A DNA stretch of 64,000 nucleotides from Escherichia phage 04086. Below the pieces are notes generated by a model that was given only the letters and a program-made list of their open reading frames with translations, did not search any database and was not told where the DNA came from. Position numbers and translations under genes: made by a program. The stretch lies in sequence record OR842557; one strand, 5' to 3'. Of this stretch, positions 51,083-61,629 are shown one piece after another. Every line of letters starts with the position of its first letter. The stretch's first letter is position 1.

Positions 51083-51717
51083 AACCAGTTATCTTAACAG
51101 ATATCGATGGAGTATGTTTAAGTTGGCAGTCCGGCTTGCCTTATTTCGCACAGAAATATAATTTGCCTTTAGAACATATTTTGAATATGATTCAGGACGA
51201 ACGTTTCTTATCTCCGGGCGAGCTGTTTAATTGTGATAATGAATTAGGCGCTCGTTTAATCGAGAAATATAATCAGTCAGATTTTATTCGTTATCTGTCT
51301 CCTTACATGGACGCATTAAAACATATCAACAGGCTCAAAAAAGACTTCGATTTTGTAGCCGTGACTGCGCTAGGCGACTCAATTGATGCCCTGCTGAATA
51401 GACAATTCAATTTGAATGCTTTGTTCCCTGGCGCATTCAAGGAGATTCTGATGTGTGGTCATTCAGAATCAAAAGAAGACCTCTTCATAAGAGCTAAAAA
51501 TACGTACGGTAAACGTATTAAGTTTTATGTTGATGATTTGGCTCACCACTGTGATGCTGCATCTAATGTTCTCATGGATATCCAAGTTTATTGGTTAGCT
51601 CGTGGTGAACGTGACTTTAAACCTAATTTAGCCGTAAAGGTTAATTCATGGGACGATATCGCAGCAATCGAATCCCTTCGTAATAATGCCGCAGTTGAAT
51701 GGATTGCTCGAGGTTAA
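51079..51717 (+). CDS. HAD-superfamily hydrolase-like protein (212 aa)
   Basis: N-terminal ILTDIDGV matches HAD motif I (DxDG); later YVDD region fits a motif IV acidic dyad. Confidence 0.5.
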   Translation: MKPVILTDIDGVCLSWQSGLPYFAQKYNLPLEHILNMIQDERFLSPGELFNCDNELGARLIEKYNQSDFIRYLSPYMDALKHINRLKKDFDFVAVTALGDSIDALLNRQFNLNALFPGAFKEILMCGHSESKEDLFIRAKNTYGKRIKFYVDDLAHHCDAASNVLMDIQVYWLARGERDFKPNLAVKVNSWDDIAAIESLRNNAAVEWIARG

Positions 51718-51718
51718 T

Positions 51719-51997
51719 ATGTTTGTAGTTCATACAATTTCAGACTATGGTCCTACCACTACAATGGATTATGGTCATGTAAACCAGTTTATTCGTCATG
51801 TGAATCATGATTACTCATTTGATGTAAATCCGGCTAAAGACCATCCTGTTTGGCGCGAATGCGTCGAACAGGGATTCATTTATGTCCACTTTATGTCCAA
51901 GTTCAAATCTGATGGGCGAATGAGATTTGTGTTCTCTTATCATAAGCGATTAGACTTGCTTTTGGCTGATGTGGCTTATAATAGAATCCATGACTAA
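51719..51997 (+). CDS. Hypothetical protein (92 aa)
   Basis: ATG overlapping upstream stop. Confidence 0.45.
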   Translation: MFVVHTISDYGPTTTMDYGHVNQFIRHVNHDYSFDVNPAKDHPVWRECVEQGFIYVHFMSKFKSDGRMRFVFSYHKRLDLLLADVAYNRIHD

Positions 51998-52007
51998 TGA
52001 GGTGATT

Positions 52008-53531
52008 ATGATTTTAGATATTTTAAACGAAATTGCTGCTATTGATTCTACTAAAGCTAAAGAAGCCATTATTGCTCGTGAAAAGGACAATGAGCTTCTG
52101 AAACGTGTTTATCGTATGGCTTATACCCGTCGTCTGAACTACGGTATTAAAAAGTGGCCAGAACCTGGATTTACATCTCAATCCTTTGGTATGATTACTC
52201 TTGAAGACCTTCTTGATTTCGCTGAATTCACATTAGCCACACGTAAGATTACGGGTAATGCGGCTATTGAAGAATTGGCTCAAATCATTGCTGATGCTAA
52301 GGCCCCGGATGCCGAGGTATTACGTCGTGTAATGATGCGCGACCTTGAATGTGGTGCATCGATTTCTATTGCTAACAAGGTTTGGAAAGGTTTAATCCCT
52401 GAACAACCGCAGATGTTGGCGAGTTCTTATGATGAAGCTTTGATTAAGAAAAATATTAAATGGCCAGCGTTTGCTCAATTAAAAGCTGATGGTGCTCGTT
52501 GTTTTGCCGAAGTTCGTAACGATGGTGTGACATTCCTTACTCGTGGTGGTAATGAATATCAAGGGCTTAATCTTTTGGCTGCTGAATTAATGGCCATGAC
52601 CGAAGAAGCTCGACAACGCCATCCTAATGGCGTTATGATTGATGGCGAATTAGTTTACCATACTCCTAAGGTAGAACCTAAAGCATCTAATGATTTGTTT
52701 AGTATGTTTGACGAGGAACTTCCTGAATTAAGTAAGGCTAAGGAATTCCAAACTGTCGCCGATCGTTCTACGTCAAATGGCTTGGCTAACAAAGCTCTTC
52801 AAGGAACTATCACTCCATCCGAAGCAGCCGGTATGGTATTACAGGCATGGGATTATGTCCCGCTGGATGTCGTGTATTCTGAAGGCAAAATTAAAGGCGA
52901 TAAGTACGATGTACGCTTTACGGCCTTAGAACTTATGGTTGCTCATAATGTCGTATTGCATGGCAAAACGCGTGTTGAAGCTATCGAAAACCAGTGGGTT
53001 AATAATCTTGAAGAAGCTAAAGTCGTTTATAAAAAATATGTCGACCAAGGTCTGGAAGGTATTATCCTTAAGAACATGGACTCCTACTGGGAAAACCGCC
53101 GTTCTAAGAATCTTATCAAGTTCAAAGAAGTAATCGATATCGCTTTAGAAGTGGTAGGTTATTATGAACACTCGAAGGACCCTAACAAACTTGGTGGCGT
53201 CGAGTTAGTATCACATTGTCGTCGAATTACAAGTGACTGTGGCTCAGGCTTTAAAGATACTACCCATAAGAAAGATAAATCAGGTAAAAAGGTATTGATT
53301 CCACTGGAAGACCGTCCTGATTTAGACCGTGAACTTCTTATGAAACAAGCTCGTGAAGGTAAGTTGATTGGACGTATTGCTGACTGTGAATGTAATGGTT
53401 GGGTTCATTCTAAAGGACGTACCGATACTGTAGGTATTTTCCTTCCAATCATTAAAGGTTGGCGTTTCGATAAAACAGAAGCTGATACATTTGAAGATGT
53501 ATTTGGTGATTGGTCTCAAACTGGACTATAA
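52008..53531 (+). CDS. 30: ATP-dependent DNA ligase (about 507 aa)
   Basis: Strong recalled similarity to T4 DNA ligase from MILDILNEIA; KADGAR adenylation motif; GASISIANKVW, EGIILKN, ECECNGW. Confidence 0.95.
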   Translation: MILDILNEIAAIDSTKAKEAIIAREKDNELLKRVYRMAYTRRLNYGIKKWPEPGFTSQSFGMITLEDLLDFAEFTLATRKITGNAAIEELAQIIADAKAPDAEVLRRVMMRDLECGASISIANKVWKGLIPEQPQMLASSYDEALIKKNIKWPAFAQLKADGARCFAEVRNDGVTFLTRGGNEYQGLNLLAAELMAMTEEARQRHPNGVMIDGELVYHTPKVEPKASNDLFSMFDEELPELSKAKEFQTVADRSTSNGLANKALQGTITPSEAAGMVLQAWDYVPLDVVYSEGKIKGDKYDVRFTALELMVAHNVVLHGKTRVEAIENQWVNNLEEAKVVYKKYVDQGLEGIILKNMDSYWENRRSKNLIKFKEVIDIALEVVGYYEHSKDPNKLGGVELVSHCRRITSDCGSGFKDTTHKKDKSGKKVLIPLEDRPDLDRELLMKQAREGKLIGRIADCECNGWVHSKGRTDTVGIFLPIIKGWRFDKTEADTFEDVFGDWSQTGL

Positions 53532-53532
53532 T

Positions 53533-53715
53533 ATGAAAGCTTATTTAGAAACCGTGGTTATTGGATATAAAGAAGGTGGGGATGTCTCCACTGCAGTGTC
53601 CCAAATTGTCCTTGAATTTGAAAATGAAATCGCATTCGCTGATTTTAAAGATAATTTCGACCGCTATGAAAAGGGTCCTAAATTTGAAGTATACCGTACG
53701 TTGCTACCACTTTAA
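53533..53715 (+). CDS. Hypothetical protein (60 aa)
   Basis: ATG overlaps ligase stop; followed by hairpin terminator. Confidence 0.45.
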   Translation: MKAYLETVVIGYKEGGDVSTAVSQIVLEFENEIAFADFKDNFDRYEKGPKFEVYRTLLPL

Positions 53716-53733
53716 GGCCTTCGGGCCTTTTCT
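53715..53733 (+). terminator. Rho-independent terminator
   Basis: AGGCCTTCGGGCCT then TTTCT. Confidence 0.55.
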
Positions 53734-53765
53734 GGCATAAATAAGGTTATTAAAGAGGAATTATT

Positions 53766-55661
53766 ATGTCCGAACAATTGAATGAGGTATTTGACGGCGC
53801 TATAGATTTATCAGCTGTCAATTTAAACCCTAAACTTAAAGTACCACAGATTTGGAATATAAAGGCTGAAGGTAATGAGAACCTTGTTGCACGCATGGTT
53901 TCATATACTTCTGAAGGTGATACAATCCGCCAAGTTAAACCGGGTGACAAATACGTTCATATTATTTTAATGAGCCTATCATCTAAAGGGGCCCCGGCAG
54001 AACTCAAAGGTGGTTTAGGTAGTAACCCCATTTCCGCTATTCGTTCTATATTTGATACGGTTTATGAACAAGTTAAAAAGCTCCGTATGGATGCCGTTAT
54101 GTTCCGTTTTCCTACTAAGAAAATGAAAGGTCAGGAAAAAGCTGTACAACGAGTTCTAGCCAAATTAATAGCTACTAGAGCAGGTGGGCAATTCAAGGTC
54201 CTTGATGCCTTGTATCAATATACAGGCAAACATTCATATGTTTTTATCTATCGTAAAAATAAAAATATAGAATCAATAAACGGTATTCCTAATATTAATC
54301 CGGAATTGTATACTAAAGTCGAATCTGAAGTCGGTGATGTGTATGTTTCAAAGAAAACAGGCGAAGATGTTACCAAATTAGAAGCTATAGCTAAGTCTAT
54401 AGACGAAATAGAAAAATCACGTTCTGATAAAATGGTTATAACCAAGACTAAGGTTTCTAAACGGGCCGCTATAAATGCGTTATATTCTACCGCCGAGCCT
54501 ACAGGATTGAGTAAATTTTCGGCAGAGCACAAAAAAGCTTATGCAGATTATTCTGCTACTAGTTCCGTTCATTCTTCTGAAGATTCTAAAGAAAGCCAAA
54601 TAGCTTTAGCCAGTAATAAAATATTAAAAGACGCCTCTAAAGAAATGGCAGAATATTTGGATTATATTTTTAACGGTGTTAATCCATCATTTGAAGTAGA
54701 CGAGCGCAAACTTAAACTAATTGCTGATATAAAGTTTGCTTTAGAGGCATCAGATTCTTTAGATAAATCTAATAGTGTCATAGAGGCTTTAAAATCAGGT
54801 AAATCTCATGTAGACATTCTTAGACTAGTCGCTGCGGCCCTTTTAGATGATTCAGTTAAAGGTACTTGGGCTAGAGAATCTAAAATCAAGGAAGTAATAA
54901 AATCCTTAGTAGCAGTTTATACAAAATCTATCCAACCGTTGTTTAAGATATCTGATAATCCTAATTTATCCAAACCTCAAGAAGAGGCAGTCAAAAAGTA
55001 TACTCGTGGCGGCTACAACCATATAAACAACTTTTTGCTAGGTAAAACAGATACCACCGATGAAATGATAAAAATGATTGGTGAGTTGGATTCTACATTT
55101 GAAAATGGTACAAAACTTCCTAAAGGAACCATAGTGTATCGTTCTCAGATAATGCCTACCGAAATGGCTTTGAATTCTATAAAACATAAGGTGATGTATC
55201 TTCCTATTTTTGCATCAACTTCATTGGCTCCTAATATTTTCGGTGAAATGGGTCATGCTCAATCCAACTTAGACCCTGAAGCTCTTTCTAGCGATATAGA
55301 TAGTAATCTTGAAGACACCATTAAAAGTGCGACCGGAAGTGCTAGAGATACCATTAAGCTAGGGCTAATTATTAAAGGTGCTGATAAAATTAAGGTTATT
55401 GTGCCCGGTGACTTGGCTAATTGGTCTACAGAAACCGAAGTAATTCTTCCTCGTGGGGTTATGCTTAAGATTAATAAAGTATACGGTGCTTCCAAGGGAC
55501 CTATGGGTTCAATTGGTAAATATGTTTTAGTGGAATGTGAAGTTGTAGCTACAGAGCAAATCACAGAGGAAAATTCATATAGCACCGGATTCTCGTTTGG
55601 AAATTATGATAGAATTATGTATGAAGATTCTATGGAAAAATTAGCAAATTTATTTAAATAG
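53766..55661 (+). CDS. alt: Alt-family ADP-ribosyltransferase, paralog 1 (631 aa)
   Basis: N-terminal module shared with the next two genes; C-terminal ADP-ribosyltransferase motifs YRSQ (Arg), FASTSL (STS) and ETEVILPRG (E-x-E); location between 30 and 54 as for T4 alt. Confidence 0.8.
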   Translation: MSEQLNEVFDGAIDLSAVNLNPKLKVPQIWNIKAEGNENLVARMVSYTSEGDTIRQVKPGDKYVHIILMSLSSKGAPAELKGGLGSNPISAIRSIFDTVYEQVKKLRMDAVMFRFPTKKMKGQEKAVQRVLAKLIATRAGGQFKVLDALYQYTGKHSYVFIYRKNKNIESINGIPNINPELYTKVESEVGDVYVSKKTGEDVTKLEAIAKSIDEIEKSRSDKMVITKTKVSKRAAINALYSTAEPTGLSKFSAEHKKAYADYSATSSVHSSEDSKESQIALASNKILKDASKEMAEYLDYIFNGVNPSFEVDERKLKLIADIKFALEASDSLDKSNSVIEALKSGKSHVDILRLVAAALLDDSVKGTWARESKIKEVIKSLVAVYTKSIQPLFKISDNPNLSKPQEEAVKKYTRGGYNHINNFLLGKTDTTDEMIKMIGELDSTFENGTKLPKGTIVYRSQIMPTEMALNSIKHKVMYLPIFASTSLAPNIFGEMGHAQSNLDPEALSSDIDSNLEDTIKSATGSARDTIKLGLIIKGADKIKVIVPGDLANWSTETEVILPRGVMLKINKVYGASKGPMGSIGKYVLVECEVVATEQITEENSYSTGFSFGNYDRIMYEDSMEKLANLFK

Positions 55662-55669
55662 GATAGATT

Positions 55670-57751
55670 ATGACCCAATTAAATGAAGTGTTCGAGTCCG
55701 AAGGTACACTGCCTGTTGTGAACTTGAACCCAAAACTTAAAGTACCTCAGATTTGGAAGATTGGAGACGCGGAGTCTCAGTTAGTAGCACGTATGGTATC
55801 CTACGCTTCTGAAGGTGATGCTATTAAACAAGTTAAAATGGGTGATAAATATGCCCACGTTATCCTTATGAGCCTTTCAGCTAAAGGTTCGCCTGCCGAA
55901 CTTAAAGGCGGCTTAGGCCCTACTCCTGTAGATGCGATTAATACTATTTTTGATGTAGTTTATGACCAAGTTAAAAAGCTTCGTATGGATGCCGTGATGT
56001 TCCGTTTTCCTACCAAGAAAATGAAAGGTCAAGGCCCTATCGTTCAACGTATTATCCAACGTTTGGTAGCACAGAAAACCGGTGGACGTTTTAAAGTGGT
56101 TCCGGCTATGTACCAATTTACCGGTAAACATACTTACATCCTGGTAGTCCGTAAACAAGCTGATATCGAAGATATCAAAGGTATGCCTGGAATTAATGCT
56201 GAATTGTATACTAAGGTAGATTCTGATGTCGGTGAAGTTTATATTTCCAAAAAAGAAGGTGTGCAGGTTACTAAAGAAACTGCTATTGCTGGCAGTATTG
56301 CTAAGGTTGAAGAACGTCGCACTGATAAAATGGTTATAACCAAGACTAAGATTTCTAGGCGCGCCATTGCAGCAAGCCAATCATTGGAATCTTATCGTAA
56401 TGAAAGTGAATTGTTTAAGAAATATGAAGCTACTGCAGCGGATTTTAATAAACCGGCAACAGTTCCATTAATCCCTGAGGCTCAGGAAATGGTTACTAAT
56501 AACAATTCTCCTGCGGCTAAAAATAAGGTTGCTAATATAGTGGCTGAAGGCACTGCTGAAGAATTGCATTACGATTATAAAATGTTTCCTCTTCACGGTA
56601 TAGGTGAAATCCAAGAGAAAATTAAAGAGAAAATTCTTACAGCAATAAAAAACGAACCTTTGACATCTGTTAAAGCTCTAGAAAAATATGCCTCTGCTAT
56701 TAATACCGTTTTCGAAGAATACAAAGGTGAATGGCTGGCTATCCATAACAGAACTCGTAAAGGCCAACCTGATGACCTTTGGAACGAATTGACAGAGGCC
56801 AAGTGGAAAGCAGCCAAGACTAAGTTCATTAAAAAACGTGTATATAGTTTTGCTGGTGTGGGTGGCGGTATTATGGTTGATATTACTATTGCTCGTGAGG
56901 GCTCTAAATATACCCCATCACAAAAGCGCGGAATCAGAGAATATTGTGGTTCAGGATATACAGACATAAATAATCTTCTTTTAGGACGTTATAATCCTCA
57001 GAACTATGAGGTTATGAGCGAAAAAGATATCGAATCTGCAGTTAATAATTTGGATTCTGCTTTTGAAAACGGCGACCGTATACCAGAAGGCATCACAGTT
57101 TATCGCGCACAGAGTATGACTGCTCCTATATACGAAGCACTAGTTAAAAATAAAGTGTTCTATTTCAGAAATTTTGTATCTACTTCTTTAACTCCTATCA
57201 TTTTCGGACGTTTTGGTGTTACCCACGCAGGTATTGGTCTTTTAGAACCTGAAGTTCGCAATGAATTGACAGTCGATAAAAATGAAGAAGGAATAACTAT
57301 TAACCCTAATGAAATAAGAGCGTATAAAGAAAACCCTGATTACGTTAAAGTTCAAATAGGATGGGCAATTGATGGAGCCCATAAAGTTAATGTCGTATAT
57401 CCAGGAAATCTCGGAATAGCAACTGAAGCCGAAGTTATTCTGCCGCGTGGATTAATGGTCAAAGTTAATAAAATAACAGATGCTTCTAATAATGATGGAA
57501 CAACATCTAGTAATACAAAACTCATCCAAGCTGAAGTTATGACAACAGATGAGCTTCAAGAATCTGTGGTATATGATGGTGACGTACTAATGGAAACCGG
57601 CGAGCTGGTCGTGTATCAAGATGATTTCGATACTTCCGAAAGCCCTGTATCTTTTGATTCATTTGTTAAATCTACACGGTTTGATGTACTGCCTCTTTTG
57701 GCTTCATGCATAGACCTCTATGACATCCCAGAAAAATTCATCCAAGGGTAA
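55670..57751 (+). CDS. alt: Alt-family ADP-ribosyltransferase, paralog 2 (693 aa)
   Basis: Same N-terminal module; motifs YRAQ, FVSTSL, EAEVILPRG; size closest to T4 Alt. Confidence 0.85.
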   Translation: MTQLNEVFESEGTLPVVNLNPKLKVPQIWKIGDAESQLVARMVSYASEGDAIKQVKMGDKYAHVILMSLSAKGSPAELKGGLGPTPVDAINTIFDVVYDQVKKLRMDAVMFRFPTKKMKGQGPIVQRIIQRLVAQKTGGRFKVVPAMYQFTGKHTYILVVRKQADIEDIKGMPGINAELYTKVDSDVGEVYISKKEGVQVTKETAIAGSIAKVEERRTDKMVITKTKISRRAIAASQSLESYRNESELFKKYEATAADFNKPATVPLIPEAQEMVTNNNSPAAKNKVANIVAEGTAEELHYDYKMFPLHGIGEIQEKIKEKILTAIKNEPLTSVKALEKYASAINTVFEEYKGEWLAIHNRTRKGQPDDLWNELTEAKWKAAKTKFIKKRVYSFAGVGGGIMVDITIAREGSKYTPSQKRGIREYCGSGYTDINNLLLGRYNPQNYEVMSEKDIESAVNNLDSAFENGDRIPEGITVYRAQSMTAPIYEALVKNKVFYFRNFVSTSLTPIIFGRFGVTHAGIGLLEPEVRNELTVDKNEEGITINPNEIRAYKENPDYVKVQIGWAIDGAHKVNVVYPGNLGIATEAEVILPRGLMVKVNKITDASNNDGTTSSNTKLIQAEVMTTDELQESVVYDGDVLMETGELVVYQDDFDTSESPVSFDSFVKSTRFDVLPLLASCIDLYDIPEKFIQG

Positions 57752-57754
57752 ATA

Positions 57755-60317
57755 ATGGAAAATTTAAACGAGGTTTTTGATAGTGATTCCGCTAAAAACT
57801 ATCCAGTAACAAATCTTAAACCGGGTTCCGGTATTCCACAGATTTTCTCTATCCAAGCACCAGGTAACGATAACCTGGTTGCTCGCATGGTATCTTATGC
57901 GTCTGAAGGCGACGCTATTAAGATGGTTAAGGCGGGCGATAAGTACGTCCATGTTATCTTAATGAGTTTATCTGCTAAAGGCGCTCCGGCAGAACTCAAG
58001 GGCGGTTTGGGTACCGATCCACTCGGTACACTGAACACCATTTTCGATACCATATATGAACAAATAAACAAACTTAAAATGGACGCGGTTTTATTCCGTT
58101 TCCCTACTAAGAAAATGAAAGGTAAGGGCCCTACCGTTCAGCGCGTATTAGCTCGTTTGGCTATGGCCCGTACCGGTGGTAAGTTTAAAGTTGTTGACGA
58201 CATGTTCCAATTCAGCGGAAAACATACCTACGTTCTTTTAGTACGTCGTGGTGCTAATATTGAAGATATCAAGGGTATGCCTGAAATTAATGCCGATCTT
58301 TATACTAAAGTTGAGTCTAAAGTTGNAGGTCCTACCGTTCAGCGCGTATTAGCTCGCTTGGCTATGGCTCGTACCGGTGGTAAGTTTAAAGTTGTTGACG
58401 ACATGTTCCAATTCAGCGGAAAACATACCTACGTTCTTTTAGTACGTCGTGGTGCTAATATTGAAGATATCAAGGGTATGCCTGAAATTAATGCCGATCT
58501 TTATACTAAAGTTGAGTCTAAAGTTGGCGAAGTGTATGTTTCTAAGAAAACCGGCCAGGCNTAAGGGCCCTACCGTTCAGCGCGTATTAGCTCGTTTGGC
58601 TATGGCCCGTACCGGTGGTAAGTTTAAAGTTGTTGACGACATGTTCCAATTCAGCGGAAAACATACCTACGTTCTTTTAGTACGTCGTGGTGCTAATATT
58701 GAAGATATCAAGGGTATGCCTGAAATTAATGCCGATCTTTATACTAAAGTTGAGTCTAAAGTTGGCGAAGTGTATGTTTCTAAGAAAACCGGCCAGGCCG
58801 TAAGTAAGGTCGAAGCAGTAGCGGCATCTATTGCACAAGTTGAAGAGAAACGTACCGATAAGGCTGTCATTACCCGTACTAAGATTTCCCGTCGTATGGC
58901 AGCAGCCGCGCAGTATTCTACTGCTGAGCCTGAAACTTTGTCCCCTAAAGAATTGCAGGTTTATAACGAGTTTGAAGCTTCTGTACCGGTTCACACGGCT
59001 GAAGGCCCTGAGAATGAAGGTATTGAACAGATTAGTCAGAACTTTAAAAAAGGTGCTATTACTAAAATGCGCCAGGCTTCTCAGTTTAAATCTAAGAGCG
59101 AGGACCTTGCCAACTTTAGATACACTATTGCCCTCACGCACGCTTTAATGACTGATAGTAAATTTAAACTAAATTATGCTAATAGAGATAAACAAGGGTT
59201 TGAAATTTACTCTAATAATATGGCATTTTTTAATACAGAAGTCGATAGACTTTTAAGTGGTCTTTCGCAAATCAATACAACCAATAGTCTGGATATTATT
59301 AAGAAAATTGTTAATAACTTGAGTGCTCGTTTTAAGGGTTCCCCTTCAGAAAAGGCCTCTCGAATTGCTTTCGCTATGGAAGCCGTTTATAAACTGGTTA
59401 ACGATTCTATTAGTGATGCATATGCTTATTCAGGCGAGCTCATTAAACCTAAGGACCTAACCAAAGACGAAAGCAATGCTATTATTGAATATTGCGCAGC
59501 TGAATATGCTCCTATGAACTTATTCCTTTTAGGTAAACCTGAATCCGAAAACAATACAACGGCTATTAAATTGATTAAGGATTTAGACTCAGCATTTACT
59601 AAGGGTATTAAACTTCCTAAGGGTACTATTTTGTATCGTGGTCAGGATTTGCCATACAAAATTCTGCGCCATAATATCGATAACAAAACATTTTACTTTA
59701 AGAACTTTGTGTCAGCCTCATTAAAGCCTAACATCTTTGGTGAATTTGGTAAAAATTATATGGCCCTCGACAACCAAGCCGTTTTTGTTGGCGGCGAAGG
59801 TTCTTTATCCTCCGCTGATGAGTTGTTTAAATTGGCTAGCGGTAGTTCATCTGATGTGGGTGAAGTCGATGACGAAGAGGTAGAATGGGAAGAAGACGAG
59901 TTCGGTAATCCAATTGCGCCCGAAGGTCCTGCGGATAGAATTGCTGAAATTGGTATGGTTATTCGAGGTGCTGAAGCAGTTAAAGTTATCGCTCCTGGTG
60001 ACCTTACAGAATATGCCGAAGAAGCAGAAATTATCCTTCCGCGTGGGTTATTGTTGAAGGTTGATAAAGTAGCGGCTTTTGCTATGAATGATAGAGTATC
60101 TCACAAATACCTTATGGAAGCTACCGTAACACCTCCTTCAGAGCTCAGTGAATCTGTTTACGATGGTGACCATTTGATGGAAACTGGTGAAGTTCGCCTG
60201 ATGGACGGCTTTAAACAGTTCTTGGTTAGTGAATCCATTTCTGAAAGTAACGAGGCTATGGAAATCCTTGCTGCATCTTTGGATATCTCTTCTTTATCAA
60301 ATAAATTCAAAATGTAG
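57755..60317 (+). CDS. alt: Alt-family ADP-ribosyltransferase, paralog 3; annotated length inflated by two N-junction duplications
   Basis: Same N-terminal module; motifs YRGQ, FVSASL (STS variant), EAEIILPRG; real length about 705 aa. Confidence 0.8.
58123..58800. repeat. Three overlapping copies of ~200-235 bp inside alt paralog 3 separated by N at 58326 and 58561
   Basis: Copy 2 extends further 3' than copy 1 and carries 3 synonymous differences; copy 3 matches copy 1. Confidence 0.8.
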
Positions 60318-60370
60318 TTTACATTACCACAAGGATGTGGTACTATTACCTTACACAAACATGAGGAGAA
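60317..60370 (+). promoter_or_regulatory. Early promoter cassette
   Basis: GTTTAC 60317-60322, TACTAT 60341-60346, CATGAGGAGAACATTATG leader. Confidence 0.55.
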
Positions 60371-60374
60371 CATT

Positions 60375-60665
60375 ATGAAATCTACATTCCGTTTTAATGG
60401 TCAAGAACTGGTAGTTGAAAACGTTATCCCTGCTTCTGAAGAGTTTGACAGTGCAGTGGGTAATGAATTACGTCGAGTTTTCGGTGAAGACAAACAGTTT
60501 GATATCCGACCTGTTGAGAATTTTTCTTATCCAGAACAAACCGAAAACATTTTTAACGGTGTAGTGACAGGACAACTCGAATCCGAAGCTCCTATTTCGG
60601 TTACGGTGTTTGTTAAAAAGCAACCACTAATGACCACAGCAGGTTTCATTTCGTTCCGTAAATAA
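60375..60665 (+). CDS. Hypothetical protein (96 aa)
   Basis: ORF after promoter cassette; followed by bidirectional terminator. Confidence 0.55.
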   Translation: MKSTFRFNGQELVVENVIPASEEFDSAVGNELRRVFGEDKQFDIRPVENFSYPEQTENIFNGVVTGQLESEAPISVTVFVKKQPLMTTAGFISFRK

Positions 60666-60671
60666 ACCCCT

Positions 60672-60700
60672 AAAGGAGAGCATATGCTCTCCTTTTTTGT
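60672..60700. terminator. Bidirectional terminator between convergent genes
   Basis: AAAGGAGAGCATATGCTCTCCTTT palindrome flanked by T-run on + strand. Confidence 0.65.
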
Positions 60701-61629
60701 TATAACAACCTCGATATTCCACTATTAACCAATCCTGTTAATCCACTAGAAGCTCCTGAAAGTCGGCTTAATTTAGCTACTGAAGAACTCAGGGAATTGC
60801 TCTCACTTATACCCGCCACGCCTTTAAGGACTTTATCTTCCAACCATTCATAAGCAGCTTGTTTGCCAACTGCACCAGTCTGTACACTTCTATAAGCAAA
60901 TGTAACATCAAATGAAGCAATTTGGTTATCACCGTCGTAAGATAATTCCGGGGAAGATACGCTCATTGGAACGCAACCATTAAGCATTACTACCGTATGT
61001 GGTAATCCATTACGGGAATGAAGGTTGACTTGAATGTCAGCTTCAACATCCTCCGGTAATGCTCTTAATTGTGTAATAGGGTCTTGAACACTATTGACCC
61101 AATCATTAAAAGCACGGTAGTTAGCAGCTTCAGAATCCATACGGAAGCTTAATACTAATGGAGAATATTCTCTTCCGGTAATTTTGATGTTAGGTGAGTT
61201 GTGGTTCAAATCCATTTCATAGTTCAAAGTATTATCTGGGATTTTAACGGCGTGGACTAAAAGACCTGCCGTAGGATAGGCCATATTGAAAAAATCCATC
61301 AGATATGTACCTACTTCAAACTCTCCTAGTAAGCTCTGCACAACCCTGGATGACATAGCTCCAATCAAATATTTACTTATGCCTGACTTACGAATCAACT
61401 TCTGAGTGCCCGCTGTCACTAATGTCGTAACACCTTGGGTCAACTCTCCTTGTGTAATACCAAACAAATCGCTATTCAATGGGATATTGTTAAATAAAGC
61501 TCCACCGAACTGGTCGAGGAGCGCTTGAGATTTAGAAGAAGGAACCGTTGCAAATACCACACTAAACAGGTTATTCCTCTGTAGGTCAATATTAATTGCC
61601 TGGTTCTGAAATTCTTGTAAAGTATACAT
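60700..61629 (-). CDS. 54: Baseplate tail-tube initiator gp54 (309 aa)
   Basis: Size and position (alt, 54, 48, 29 order as in T4). Confidence 0.75.
   Translation of the reverse strand: MYTLQEFQNQAINIDLQRNNLFSVVFATVPSSKSQALLDQFGGALFNNIPLNSDLFGITQGELTQGVTTLVTAGTQKLIRKSGISKYLIGAMSSRVVQSLLGEFEVGTYLMDFFNMAYPTAGLLVHAVKIPDNTLNYEMDLNHNSPNIKITGREYSPLVLSFRMDSEAANYRAFNDWVNSVQDPITQLRALPEDVEADIQVNLHSRNGLPHTVVMLNGCVPMSVSSPELSYDGDNQIASFDVTFAYRSVQTGAVGKQAAYEWLEDKVLKGVAGISESNSLSSSVAKLSRLSGASSGLTGLVNSGISRLL

Noticed and set aside
53740-53750. Late promoter upstream of alt paralog 1
   Set aside because: Sequence is CATAAATA, one mismatch from TATAAATA; too weak to call without transcript data.
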